Shown here: positions 48,050 to 61,126 of the stretch, piece after piece
Position numbering within the stretch: position 1 is the stretch's first letter
Layout: the number at the start of each line of letters is the position of its first letter
Source of the DNA: Moniliella sp. 'wahieum'
Lineage: Eukaryota
Assembly: GCA_003971905.1 (NCBI GenBank)
Contig: RSEE01000057.1
Span: 310,001-374,000, forward strand
Reading direction: 5' to 3'
Length of the DNA: 64,000 nucleotides
The notes under the pieces: model-generated
Seen by the model: only the letters and a program-made list of their open reading frames with translations
What the model was told of the DNA's origin: nothing
Database searches by the model: none
Position numbers and translations under genes: made by a program

Positions 48050-49097
48050 GGCGGGGGGCGCGGGTGGTGGGGGTGGGGGCGAGGAGATGCTCGCACGGGC
48101 GGCTGCGCCATCTCTTCTCTGCTCTGCTGCTGACACGATGCATGACATGCGGATGTGACCAGCGGGTGGGACGCAGGTGTGATCCATTGATAATCGACCC
48201 CATCCATCCACTGGCGGCATCGACCATCTCGCTCCATCTGTGGCATCGGTGCAATCGGGCACGCTGCGAGCGCTGGGGGATGCGAAGGTTATGTCAGGCT
48301 GGCATGTGGCACACGCCCCCGGCTGAAAGTTGCAATCCCTCAGCCCACGCGCGTGGGGAACGTGCAGGCAGACCGCATGCAGCATGCTGCTGGGCCATGC
48401 TGTAGCACTGCTCGCACCCATCGAGTGTGCGTCTCCGATGCCCCATGCACACGTTTTGTCACAGGCAGACACCCCCGCCCTTCCTGCCGGCCGGTGTGGG
48501 TGCTGGGAACAAGCTGGTGAAGGAAGGGTGGGCACTGGGTGGACCCTTGTGGGCGATGCGACTGCCATGTGGCCATGGAGCTAGGACGAACGCGAGGACC
48601 GGTGACCGTGATCGATGATCGTCGTGTGGGCGCAGGATCGCCCAGGTGCGAATGGATGGGAGCGGCAGGGGCGGCACAGACCCCAGCAGCAGTTCGTTCC
48701 TGGCAGGCACAGCGGCCCAGTCCGCGCGGGTCTGAGTCACTGCTCACCCAGTGCCCCGGCACTGCATGGTTCATGCGCTCTGAACGTGTGATTATCGACT
48801 TATCCATTATCAAGTACTGAGTACGTTGAGTACGAGTACAGTACGAGCGAGGCGGGTATCTGTATTCACCTGAATAGCACCGGTTTACGCCAACAACCAT
48901 GCTGCCGTGGGACATGCCTGCCGTGGCCCCGTGGTTGCGTGGTGCGCTGGCTGCCCCCCGTTGCTTGCGTTGCTCCCCGCCGTCGGCCGAGGCGCACACG
49001 CGCCAGGTACTGGCGCTGCCCGCACCGCGCTGTCCAGCCCAACGCTCCCCCCCGGCGGACCAGCAGCCAGAAGCCAGGGTGGAAAACGGCAGGGCGG

Positions 49098-49109
49098 GTG
49101 CACGTGCAC
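49098..49109. promoter_or_regulatory. Palindromic E-box (GTGCACGTGCAC), candidate Pho4/NUC-1-type site
   Basis: Perfect 12-bp palindrome containing CACGTG about 310 bp upstream of the phosphatase ATG. Confidence 0.35.
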
Positions 49110-49413
49110 CGTGCGCCCCCGTGCGCCCCGGCAGGCCAGCAGGCGGCGGCAGGCAGCGGCAGCACATGTCACATGGTTGCCTCTTAGATCTTAGATTAGC
49201 GATCTTAGCCGTGTCTGCCGCAAATCATTAAGCAGCCAATCACCCACGCCAAGCCAGCACATGCAATTTGCATCACTCGTGCTCATCACGCGGCCTGCGT
49301 TGCCCAGCCCATCCCAGCCCATCCTCCGCCCTCGAACCAGCCATTTCATCAAAAGCCGTTCGCCGTCTGTCAGCCGATCCGCTCTCCCGCCCACCACCTC
49401 CCCCCTGCTGGCC

Positions 49414-51180
49414 ATGCCATCCCTCCGCACGCTCCTTCTTCGCCACCGCTGCCGCCGCCTCGGCCGCCGTGGCCCACTCGGAGGCCTACCTCGACGGCTA
49501 TGCGCCGCTGGACCAGGACCTGGACTGCCCTATGCGTTCCACCACATGGCCTCCCTCTCTTCCCGCTCGCCGTTCAAGTCGCAGACCAAGCCCGAGTGGC
49601 GCCGTGCGCACGCGCGCGACCTGGCGCCCGCCCTCGAGCTGCGCGACGACCCCATCCATCTCACCAAGAACGACATCCTGCCTCCGTCCGGATGCGAGGT
49701 GGAACAGGTGATCAGCTTGCAGCGCCACGGTGCGCGCTACATGCCTGCTACCGGCTACGGCTCCTCCCAGCTTGCGCAAAAGTCCCTGAACAAGTTCCAC
49801 ACGGCGCTGGCCAACTACTCGGACTCGGACCTTACCGACCCGCGCTTTGGCATCTTGCGCAACCTCCACCACCCCTTCGGGCAACGGCGACTTGGTCCCG
49901 TACGGCGCGCTGCAGGCGTACTACTCGGGCGTGTACGACCGGGAGGTGTACAGCCACCTGGCCACGGAAAAGCCCTTTATCCGCGCCAGCGGCAACTACG
50001 GCAACCAGTCCGAGGTGCCGAGCGACCGTGTGCTCTGGACGGCACGGTGGTGGGCGCTCGGGTTTAGCGGCCAGGCGTTCCCGAACCACACGATTGACTC
50101 GGTGGCGCTCGTGCGCGACGAGTCCTTGCCCGCGCTCGACGTTGTCATGTCCGAGCAAAAGGGAGTCAACAATACCATGGACCCGAGCACCTGCCCGCAC
50201 ATGAACGATGAACCGTCGGACGCGATCGTCGCCCGCTATGGCAACAACACCATCCTCCCTACCACCGGCGCCAAAATCCTGCGCCACATCCACCCCGCCA
50301 CGGTGGACTGGAGGCTGGAGATGTGTCGGCTCTGATGGACAGTTGGTACGTGCTTCCTCCTCTCTACCCCCCCCTCCCCTAAACCCCCCGCGCCGCATCT
50401 CGGACCGAGAGCACATATGACTGACCTCTGGTATGATGTATGTGTTCTTCGTCTTTTCAGCTCCTACAACTCCTTCCTTCCTGCCAATGTGACGCCGGGG
50501 CCAAGGGACTGGAGTTTAGCGTGTCGCCCGTGTGCGAGTTGTTCACGCCGAGCGAGTGGCGGCGGTACAACTATGCCAACTCGCTCGACTTTTTCTACTA
50601 CCAGGGCATTGGCAACCCTGCGTCCAAGGGAGCGTACCAGGGCTACCTGCGTGAACTGTACGCGCGTTTGAACCAGAGCGAGGTACCGCTCGAGCCGGTG
50701 CTTACGCTCAACACCACCACCCTCGCCAACGGGAGCATTCCCGTGGGCAAGAACGCGCCCCTGTTCTACATGGACGCCACCCACGACGCCAACATTGCTG
50801 CGATCCAGCAACTGTTTGGCTTGTACGACGGCCCCCCCATGTCGGACGCCAAGGATTCGCAGAAGACCAGCGTCGCCGTTTGACGCGGCGCGCGCGGTGC
50901 CCTACCAGACCAAGACGGCGTTTGAGACCATCTCGTGTGGCTGCGACGAGGAGGAGAGTAAGTTTGTCGGGTGCGGGTCAACGAGGTGCCGCACCCGGCG
51001 GAGGACCACCCCTGGTGCCCCTTGACCCAGGAGGAGAAGAAGGCCATGCCGGCGCACTATTTGCGCCAGGGCCTGTGCCCGCTGCCGGTCGTGCTGCGCA
51101 ACTTGGAGTGGGCCAATGGCCAGGGCGCCTGGGACACGTGCTTCCTTAATGCACGGGGCCTGTCGACGTGTGAGCGCTAA
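49414..51180 (+). CDS. Secreted histidine acid phosphatase / 3-phytase-like
   Basis: Signal peptide MPSLRTLL..ATAAAASAAVAHS; PSGCEVEQVISLQRHGARY (RHG motif); GVNNTMDPSTC; intron 50346-50460; SPVCELFT; DATHDANI (HD motif); Cys-containing C-terminus. Confidence 0.88.
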
Positions 51181-51855
51181 GCGGCGGAGCGGCGAAGGTC
51201 GGACCGAAGGATGCGATGCCCGGATTTGTTTTTTTTTTTCTCCTGTATGGTCGACCCAGACCTTTTTATCCACCGTGCTGCCACTGACGACGACCCGTTA
51301 CGACCCCTTGGGCGCGTTGCGCTAGTGCGTGGCCTACGTTCCTTTTCTTTCATGTACTTTTTCTGATGGCCAAAATATGCTTGGAGGCTTGGAGCCTGCC
51401 GGACGGTGCAGGGCGAGCGGAGAGAGACAGGCAAGGCTCTGAAGGGGCAGGAGGTAGTGGTGGAAGGTATGTGGTGGCTGACGACGCCGAGAGGGAGGCG
51501 GCCTACGATGTGGGCGTGTGGTGTGTGGACGGGTATAAATTTGTGACAGTGGGGGATGGTGGATGGTGGATGATCGATGATCGATGATGATGACTCAAAC
51601 TACCGATGGATGGTGTGCGGCATGGTCGCGTGATGTGGTGATGTGGTGATGCATGTGACAGCGACGCAAGCACAGCCAGGGGCGAGGGCAGAGCAGGCGC
51701 ACCGGACGAGGGGGCAGTGCCACGTGTCCTGTCTGCGCAGCGGCCGCTCGGGAAGGTGGAGGCGAGCGGCGCCACGCATCCGCTTCGGTGCGGCCGCGCA
51801 CGCTCCGCCACCGCCTCTCGCCTTCCTCCGCCCTCGCCTTTGTCTTCCCTCCCCC

Positions 51856-54533
51856 ATGTCGTCCTCGTACGGCGGGCCGAGCAGCATGCCCCCCGCACCG
51901 CCTCCGCCGCATCAGCAGACCGTCTTCAGCCTGCCCCCCGAGGAGGACAAGACGGCCGAGAAGCGCATCCGCGAGGCTGCCCAGCGGCCCGATGGGCCCT
52001 ACACCTACGCTTCCGCCGGCCTGCTGCCAATCCAGGACCCCTCCCAGCCTGGCCCCGCCGCCTCTCTCCCCGTCTTGCGCCTGCTAAGCCGCCCCGTCCG
52101 TTGCGCAGCGCGACAAGTACGCCTCGCTTCTGCCGGGTGCGCCGTCGAAGCGGACCGACTGGGTGGGCGAGACGTGGGCCTGGCTGCAGACCGAGCATGG
52201 CGTTGCTGTGGTGTACACGCTGCTTGCCCTCTTCACTCGTATCTACCGCATTGGCCGCAACCCAGTGTGATTTGGGACGAGGCGCACTTTGGCAAGTTTG
52301 GCTCCTACTACCTCCGCCACACGTTTTACTTTGACGTGCATCCGCCCTGGGCAAGATCCTCGTCGGCCTCAGTGGCTGGCTCTCGGGTTACTCGGGCTAC
52401 TGGGACTTTGAGTCGGGAGCCGTACCCGGCCAATGTGTACTACTACCCGATGCGCATCATCATGTCCTTATACGGCGTGGCGATGGTCCCCATGGCATGG
52501 TACACGTCCCAGTGCTTTGGGTGGGACCGCCGGTCGCGCCACCTGCTGACGCTCATGGTGCTTGTCGACAATGCTTGGCTCACCATCTCGCGCTTCATCT
52601 TGTTGGACTCGATGCTGCTCTGCTTTACGTTTGCCACGGTGCTGGGTCTGGCCAAGTTCCACCAGCAGCAGCGGCAGCCCTTTAGCCAAGCCTGGTGGGG
52701 TTGGCTCGCCTTTACGGGCGCCAGCATTGGCTGTGTGTCGAGTGTCAAGTGGGTCGGGTTCTTTGCCACGGCGCTGGTGGGGCTGTACACGGTGGAAGAC
52801 TTGTGGGACAAGTTTGGAGACTTGCGTATGCCCCTGACGACCTACCTTCGCCACTGGATTGCCCGGATCGGGTGTCTGATCCTGCTCCCCTTTACGATTT
52901 ACGTCTTGTCGTTCAAGCTGCACTTCCTCTTACTTTTCGGCACGGGTCCGGGCGACGCCCAGATGAGCAGTCTGTTCCAAGCCCACCTCGACGGCAACGA
53001 CTTTGCCGACAGTCCGCTCCAGATCGCGTTGGGGTCCAAGGTCACGCTCAAAAACATGGGCTACGGAGGCGGACTGCTGCACAGCCACATCCAGACCTAC
53101 CCGGTCGGCAGTGGCTACCAGCAGGTCACTTGCTACCACTACAAGGACGAGAACAACGAATGGGTCGTCAGTCCTACCTGGGAGGCCATTGATGCCCACG
53201 GTCCTGCCCCGAGCTGGGACAACCCCAACTCGACCGAGCCGGTGGTGCTGCTGCGGAACGGGGATGTGATCCGCTGCAGCACATGGCCACCGGGAAGAAC
53301 CTGCACAGCCACGCCATTCCGGCGCCTGTGACCAAGAGAATTACGAAGTGGCCGGGTACGGCGAGTGGGCGGTGGGCGACCAGAACGACTATTGGGTGGT
53401 AGAGGTGGTAGGTGACATTGTCAAGGGCTACCAGAGCCATGCGGACAAAAACGAGCCGGTCCCGCCTTACAGCGAGCACTTGCCCCCGACGACCGCCCGG
53501 TCGTTCATACGCTCACGACCAAGCTCCGTTTCCGCACCAAACGCTCGGATGCTACCTGTACGCGGCGAATGAGGTGCTGCCCCAATGGGGCTGGAAGCAA
53601 GTTGAGACGACTTGCATCAAGCCGGATGTTTTGTCGCCCAAGGACGAGCACGCAGTGTGGAACATCGAGTCGCACTGGAACCAGCGCTTGCCCAAGGGCG
53701 ACCGCAAGTTGTACAAGTCCCCCTTTTGGCGCGACTTTGTCCACCTCAACGTGGCTATGATGACGTCGAACAATGCGCTGACCCCAGACGTGGACAAGGA
53801 AGACATGCTGGCCTCGAGTCCGTACGAGTGGCCTTTCCTGTACAATGGTCTGCGCATGAACGGGTGGGGCGACGACAATGTCAAGTACTACCTGATTGGC
53901 AACCCGTTCATCTGGTCGGGCTCGACCATTGCACTGGGCGTGTTGACGGTGGTGTTGGCCGGGTATGCGGATGCTGCAGCGCGGCGCGCTGCCGGCCTCG
54001 CTGACGCCGGCGGAACTGAACCAGACCGTGTTTGTAGCCAAGATTGCGCTCGTGGGCTGGTTCCTGCACTACCTTCCTTTCCTCATCATGGGGCGTGTGA
54101 CCTACATCCACCACTATGTGCGTATCTCTCCTTGTCTGCTTGTTTCCAGGTGCGCGAGGCCCAGCGTCCCCAACTAACCGGTGCCCTCTCTTGTTGGTGT
54201 TGATGATGCGCAGTTGCCCACGCTGTACTTTGCCACCATCGCGCTCGTCCACCTATTTGACCACTTCCTCTTCCACCCGTCCGCGGCGCGCTACCGCAGC
54301 CCGGCGAGCTGGCTGCGGCAGGCTCCCAGCGCGCCCCGCTCCGCACGCACCACCACTGTCGGTGGGCGTGTGCATACCTCAGTCCCAAGGCCAAGGACCG
54401 TGCGTTTTACGTGATTGCCGGCATCATTGTCGGTACCTCGCTCTGGCTCTACGGCGTCACATTTGGCATGGCCGGGCCGGTGAACAAGTGGTGGGGATAC
54501 AAGTGGCGCAAGAGCTGGAACATTTATGTCTAA
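51856..54533 (+). CDS. PMT2: Dolichyl-phosphate-mannose:protein O-mannosyltransferase, PMT2 subfamily
   Basis: VIWDEAHFGKFGSYYL..FYFDVHPP, SRFILLDSMLL, SVKWVG, GPGDAQMSSLFQA, MIR domain GGGLLHSHIQTYP..QQVTCYHYKD, MMTSNNALTPD, YYLIGNP, MGRVTYIHHY, intron, LPTLYF, WRKSWNIYV*. Confidence 0.93.
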
Positions 54534-55291
54534 CCGTGTCGGATGCGCCGAGGGCACAGCGAGGCAAGACAGGGCAGGACAAGCAGCGTGGGAGCGCACA
54601 CGCGCCCTGGAAGCTGGGCCGCACCTGCCATCTCGCCCAGCGCCCACCGGCCAAGCCGCGACCCTCGCACTTGCAGGGCTGCCATGCCTGGCAGTTGGAG
54701 TGCTAGGGGCCGTACTCGCCGTCCAACCCCCCGCCGACATGAGATGCCGCCCTTGCTTGTTCCATTCATTCGTTCGTTGATTCTGCCCCTCCTTCGGACG
54801 TGTTGGGCGACCGCAGGCTTGGAAGCGCCGCCGAGAGCGAGGCGGGGGGGAGGGAAGGGAGGTTGGTGGCATATAGGCTTGCCCTCTGGTGGCGGCGGCC
54901 AGGTGGCCGAAGCGCCGCGTTACGTAGTCCTGCCGGCACCCCAGCCGACAGGCGACAGCCGGCAGGTGCTGCATGTGCGCCCACGTGGAGTGGGTGACGC
55001 CCCAGCGGTGATCCGCCTAGGCAGGCGTGCAGATCGGCACGAAAGGCAACCCTAGCGCACACCTGCTGCTGATGCGCCTGCCCCAGGCGCCAGGCCTCAG
55101 GCCCTCCCTCGGCCCCAGGCCGCGCCCAGCCGCGCCCAGCCGCGCCCAGCCGCCCCAGCGCGGTTCGGCCCTCGCCCGTCACCGCGTCGCCACCAGTGCT
55201 CGTCGCCGCGGCTTGCACCCTTTGCTCTCGCCCTCGCCTTCGCCTTTGCTTTCCCGCCCCCTCGCCCCCACGCTCTTTCCACGCCTTCACC

Positions 55292-55839
55292 ATGGGCCAG
55301 TCGCTCAGCAAGGCCCTCGGCAAGTTGTTTGGCAACAAGGAGATGCGCATCCTCATGCTCGGTCTCGATGCGGCGGGCAAGACAACGATTCTGTACAAGA
55401 TCAAGACGAACCAGTCGGTCACGACGATCCCCACTGTCGGATTCAACGTTGAGACGGTTACCTACCGCAACGTCAAGTTCAATGTGTGGGACGTAGGTGG
55501 CCAGGACAAGATCCGGCCGCTGTGGCGGCACTACTACACCGGCACCCAAGGCCTCGTCTTTGTCGTCGACTCGGCCGATGTGGCGCGGATCGAAGAGGCG
55601 CGGACGGCGCTGCATCGGATTTTGTCTGATCGCGAGATGCGCGAGTGCCTCTTGCTCGTCTTTGCCAACAAGCAGGACGTGCAAGGCGCTTTGACCCCGG
55701 CGCAGATTACCGACCGATTGGGCCTCGCGTCGCTCAAGGACCGGCCTTGGTTTGTTCACCCTTCCTGTGCCACCTCGGGGAGGGCCTGTTCGAAGGCCTG
55801 GCCTGGCTCTCGGCCAACGTCAAGAGCGTTTCCAAGTAA
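55292..55839 (+). CDS. ARF6: ADP-ribosylation factor 6 (small GTPase)
   Basis: [54 protein letters not shown] (class III signature), [22 protein letters not shown] after one frameshift. Confidence 0.95.
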
Positions 55840-56010
55840 GCTTCCTCGCTCTTCCTCCGCCCTCTTCCCCGCCCTCTTCCCCCGCCGCCCCGTCTTTGTC
55901 CCTCTCCCCGCCTTGTCCCCCCCCCCTCCCCCCCGCCACCTCCTACCTTATCGCCGCCATGCCCGATGCACGCTGTGCGTATAGTAGGTACCCTGCCACA
56001 CTTGTCTCGG

Positions 56011-56051
56011 CTACCTACCCTATCCTACCTTACCCGATCCTACCCTACCCT
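56011..56051. repeat. Imperfect (CCTAC/CCTAT)-type pentamer repeat
   Basis: ctacctaccctatcctaccttacccgatcctaccctaccct in the 3' flank of ARF6. Confidence 0.5.
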
Positions 56052-57049
56052 TTACTTCTTTTTTTATCCCCTTTGCCCCCTCCCCGGCCCCCCTCCCCTT
56101 TACGCTCGTTTGCTTGCTCAATTCCCCTCCCTTGCACCTGCTGGCAGAACGAGCACGACTACCACGCCCACTTGCTACTTTTTGTGCCTGCAATCTACTC
56201 GCCGACCGCGCATGGGTGCCGACCCACTTTGGGACCCAGTAGGCGGGTTCGGGCGGCCCAGTGGGGGTGGATAGATAGGAACCCAGATAGGCAACGGGGG
56301 ACGTGACAGCCCGACATTCACAGCGCCCAAGAGGGCATCTGCGCAGACACGCTCGTCTCGTATCGTTTGTTTCGTTGCCGTGGGAGCAGAAGTTGGAGTT
56401 GAGGAGGGAGGCCGGAGGAGCCAATGCATGGATGGATCCAGGCAGTGTCACATGTGCATCACCCAGCGCCGAGGCCTGCCGAGGCTCGGTAGTTCCGGGT
56501 TGTCAAGATAGTCCCTGGCAGCCCCGCCCCCAGGCGAGTAAGCCAAGCCCAGATGTGTGCGAGCTGGGGCCGCCTGCGGGGGTCCATTCGAGGCAGGTGC
56601 GTCGGGGTAGTAGAATGAGGCAAGGGGCGGAATGAGAGCGCGCGCGTTCCGCCGGGGGTGGTGCTGCTTCGCAGTTCGCTTGTGGGCAAGACGGCAGAAA
56701 TGTGACGTGCATGTGACACGCATGTGACAACGCGCAAGATTCGATTTGAAATGGAACATGGGGATGTGACACGGGGAGAGACGAAATGGCCGGCGGCCAG
56801 GCTGGGCAACGTCAAGCGACAGTGCTGCGCCGCCAGGCACGGTGGATGAGGTCGATGAGGCAGGGCATGGGGCGAGGTGGATGAGGTGCTGGTGTGGCCC
56901 GTGAATAACGGCGACGATTAGAAATGGCTGACACTGCGCCATCGCGGATGTGGACAGAGGTGTTTCATGTGGCGCCGTTCCCGGGCGTAGCGCCAGTGTG
57001 GTGCCTGGTGGTGCGTAGTGCTGCTGCCTGGTGCTGGGTTGGCCCGGCG

Positions 57050-57073
57050 CTTATCGACTATCAGCGCTTATCG
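57050..57073 (-). promoter_or_regulatory. Three clustered HGATAR sites upstream of nitrate reductase (AreA/Nit2-type)
   Basis: CTTATCG 57050-57056, CTATCA 57058-57063 and CTTATCG 57067-57073, about 370 bp before the ATG. Confidence 0.55.
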
Positions 57074-57435
57074 AGACGAGGAGGTTTGCGCTGTGCCAGG
57101 GCATCAGCGAGGGTCGACGGCTTGGCCGGCACAACAAAGTCCGCCCGGGCACCACCCCACTCTGGACAGTGTGCCGCTGTCTCAGCGAACGCACGCCGCA
57201 CTCAGGACCCGTCTGAATTTGGCGGTGCCGTTGGTCGCTGTCAACGTCAACTGGCAATTCAATCCCCCAGCTTCAAGCTTCGAGCTTCGACCCCGTCCAA
57301 GGGGGCATCAACCGCCAGGGCATCAGCCGCCTGCTGCCCTATTATCCGTCCCCCCTGGGCCTCTTTTGTTTATACCCGTTTTCCTCATGCCCACCCCCGT
57401 CCCCATCCTCATCCCCTTCTCCTCCCACCACCGCC

Positions 57436-60310
57436 ATGTCCTCCGCCTCGCCTGCCTCCACCTCTCCCTCTCAGTTTCTCCGCCCCTCCCCCATACCACT
57501 GCCGCCTCCACCACGCCCTCGATCCCTGACTCGACTGTGCCCCGGGTCCCCAAGCTGCCCCTTATCCCCTCCCACGACGCTGAAGACAGCAGCGATGACA
57601 GTGACGCCGACAGCAGCCCTGCCTATCCCAGCGCCTACACCGCTGAGCATCCTCCCGTCCCCACTGCCGGCGCTTTGCGTCCCTGGCCATCGACGCCAAC
57701 ACGCCCGATGCTTGGGTCGCACGCGACGAGCGCCTGTACGTCTGCCTACCTCATCTTTGTGTACCGCCTTTCTGCTCCGTGACTGACCGAGGAATGCGGT
57801 CATGGTGCATCTATAGCCTGCGCCTGACAGGCAAGCACCCGTTCAACTGCGAAGCGCCGTTGCCGGCGCTATGGGCAGCGGGCTTCCTCACGCCCACCTC
57901 GCTCTTTTACGTGAGGAACCACGGCTACGTGCCGCAGGTGACCCAGGCCGCGGCCGAGGAATGGACGCTGCGTGTGCACGGTCTGGTGCGGCGTCCGATG
58001 ACATTCAGCCTGGCCGAGCTCAAGCAGCGCTTTCGCACCGTCACGCTCCCCGTCACCCTCGTCTGTGCCGGCAACCGGCGCGGGGAGCAAAACGTGGTGA
58101 CCAAAGGGCTCGGGTTCAACTGGGGTGCGGCGGGGTGTCGACGGCGTTGTTTACGGGGTGCTTGTTGGCGGATGTATTGGCGTACTGCAAGCCGATCAAG
58201 CCATTGGGAGCGTACCCCTGGGACGTGGTTGTGCCTGGGCGCGCGCGGCACGTGGTGTTTGAAGGGGCAGACGAGCTGCCCAAGGGTAAGTACGGCACGT
58301 CGCAGCGTCTGCTTCATGCTGCGGACCCCACAAAGGCATGTTGCTGGCGTGGGCGATGAATGGGGAACCGTTGACGCCCGACCATGGGTTCCCGCTGCGC
58401 TTGGTCGTACCCGGGCAGATTGGCGGACGGATGGTCAAGTGGTTGAACCGGATCGAAGTGTCGGACCAGGAGAGCCAGCATTTCCTCCACTTTAAAGACA
58501 ACAAGGTCCTCCCCACCACCCTCACTGCCGACCAGGCCCGCACGCAAGAGACGTCTGGCACGACCCCAAGTACATCTTTGGTGAATTGGGTGTCAATGCA
58601 GCGATCACCGAGCCAGCGCATGAACAGGTCCTCCCCCCGGCTCCGTCGGAGGAGGCAACGTTTGCGGTACAGGGCTATGCCTACACGGGCGGCGGACGAC
58701 GAATCACGCGGGTCGAAGTGACGCTCGACGATGGACAGAGCTGGGTCCTGGCCAACCTGACTTACCCCGAGGACATGTACCGTCTCAAGCCGATCCGTGG
58801 CCACCCCATCTACGGCGACCTGGACCTGAGCGAGACGGAGATGAGCTTTTGCTGGGTATTCTGGTCGGTCGAGGTAGGATGGTCGGAGCTTACGAAGGCC
58901 AAGGTGGTAGCGGTGCGTGCGATGGACGAGGCCTTGGCCACGATGCCGCGCGACATGTATTGGAACGCGACCTCGATGGGCAACAACTGGTGGTTCCGTG
59001 TTGCCACCGTTCCTGTCGCTGGCGGCGTCAAGTTTGAGCACCCTGCCATTGTAGGCAAGACGGACAATGGGTGGATGCAGCGGTTGAAGGCGGAGGGTCA
59101 GAACCCCAAGTTCCCCAACTTTGGCGCCCCGCCCATCGTGAACAGGCGGGCGACAGTCTTGCCGCCTCTGCGGCGGCCCAAGGCGTTAGTGACTTGGAAC
59201 TTATGACCGAGCCAAGCAAGATGGAGGTGATTATCTCTCGCTCCCAGCTCGCCGAGCATGCGAACGAGCAGTCACCCTGGTTTGTCGTCAACGGCCATGT
59301 ATACGATGGTCTTCCCTTCCTTGCTGAGCACCCTGGCGGGCCCGAGTCCATTACCCTTGTTGCCGGGGACGATGCGACGGAAGACTTTATGGCAATCCAC
59401 TCGTCCGATGCCAAGGCCAAGATGCGTGCATTCCACGTGGGGAAACTAGAGACGGGCGGTGCGCTTGTGAGCAGACACCACCCGAACCGAGCAGGGCCCG
59501 TTCCTGCACCCCAAGAAGTGGAAGACAGCAGTGCTGGAAAGTAAAAAGCCCATGTCGAGCGATACCTACATGTTCCGCTTTCGACTGGACCGGGCGGACC
59601 AGCCGGGTCTGCCTACCGGCCAGCATGTTTACCTTCGTGTTGATGATGGCAAAGGGGGCGAGGTGGTGCAGCGTGCTTACACGCCCTTTAGCAGCAACCA
59701 GCTCTTGGGTTACATTGATATTCTCATCAAGGTCTATGCGCCATGTGCGGCGTATCCCTTGGGGGGCAAGATGACAACGAGGTTGGAACGCTTGCCGCTC
59801 GAGTCGCCTGTTGAGCTCAAGGGGCCGATCGGTAGCTTCACTTATCTCGGTCAAGGGCGGGTCAAGTGGCGCGGGGTGGAGCGGCGGGTGAAGCGCTTGG
59901 CGATGATTGCCGGTGGCAGCGGCATCACACCCATCTGGTCCACACTCAAGGGGTCATGACGACCCCCCTCCACTGGGAGAGAAAGGGGTGGAGGTCTGGC
60001 TGGTCGACGCTAACCGGACCGAAAACGACATTTTGGCCCGTGAACACATCGATGAAATCTCCAGTGCGTTCCCCGACCGTTTCAAGCTCTGGCATGTCCT
60101 CTCTCGTCCGATGGGGCCATGGGTCATGTCCAAGGGCCGCATCGACCGTGAAGTTCTCCGCACCCACCTCTGCCCGCCCCCGGCGACGGTCGAGGGCGAA
60201 CTGGAGGACACCCTCGTCCTCGTCTGTGGGCCGCCACCATGGAGCTCATGGCACGCACTGAGCTGGCAGCCATTGGGTGGGACGTGGAGCGGACTGCAGT
60301 GTTTTTCTAG
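57436..60310 (+). CDS. Assimilatory NAD(P)H nitrate reductase (Moco, dimerisation, cytochrome b5, FAD/NAD domains)
   Basis: TPDAWVARDERL, intron 57736-57816, LRLTGKHPFNCE, FYVRNHG, VTLVCAGNRRGEQN, GFNWGAAG, PDHGFPLRLVVPGQIGGRMVKWL, GYAYTGGGRRITRVE, WNATSMGNNWWFRV, HPGG (b5 heme), RAYTP, MIAGGSGITP, LVCGPP, VFF*. Homologue of Aspergillus niaD / Ustilago nar1. Confidence 0.96.
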
Positions 60311-61126
60311 CGCTTCTCAAGCTTAGTTTTCATAAGGTACTAGTATATGTTGAAACAGTATATTCGTTGATGCGCGGTCCGGAGTATAGTGTCATCTCTT
60401 CCCGCTGGTCCAGCTGTCCCCATTTTTGGATCGTCACACTGTGGTGTGCGAGCGGGCGAGTGTGATGGAGCAGATAGCAGAGCGGTAGGATGGCATTGTC
60501 AAAGCGTGACCAAGATGGGGTATTGTTGGTGGGAAGATGATAGCCCTCGTATAGGATAGATGGAAGGTGCTTTGGAGGGATTGGTTCCAATGAGAGAATA
60601 GAGCCATCAACAATAGTCGGGGAAGGGCGAGGTGTGATCCTCATGAGGGGTGTAGTTTGGTGGTTGCCAGTTACACTGTTGTTATTGGGAGAAAGGAAAC
60701 ACGGTTGTGTATTCTCCCAGAGCCATTGCTGCATCAATATTCCATCGCATCAATCTTCGACTAGAACTTCCGTCCTTGGCGTGTGGGAGGAAATATATGG
60801 CACGGCGGTGTTGCTAGAAGGCTGATGCATGATGCACGGTGCAGATGGCTGATCTTTTCACAATTGCACATGAAATGTCACATGTCACACGTCCACTGTC
60901 ACCCAACCCATCCCGGTCACTTGCCGGTAACCGGCAACCGGTTGCGGTAACCGCGACTAAGGTTGATGCAGATGGGGCTAGTGGGGGTAGGAGGGATTAG
61001 GCCGGCCGGTTAGGGGGATTGGGGGGTTGGGGGGTTGGGGCCGTACGGGGTCACTCCACCCGTAGTCACTACTAGTAGTCGCTGTCTCTGTCCTCCCATT
61101 CGCGCCTCCATCTCAGCCCTTTTCTG

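Noticed and set aside
20281..60310. Functional nitrogen cluster of siroheme synthase, nitrate reductase and NPR2
   Set aside because: The genes are 17-35 kb apart with unrelated housekeeping genes between them; nothing indicates co-regulation.
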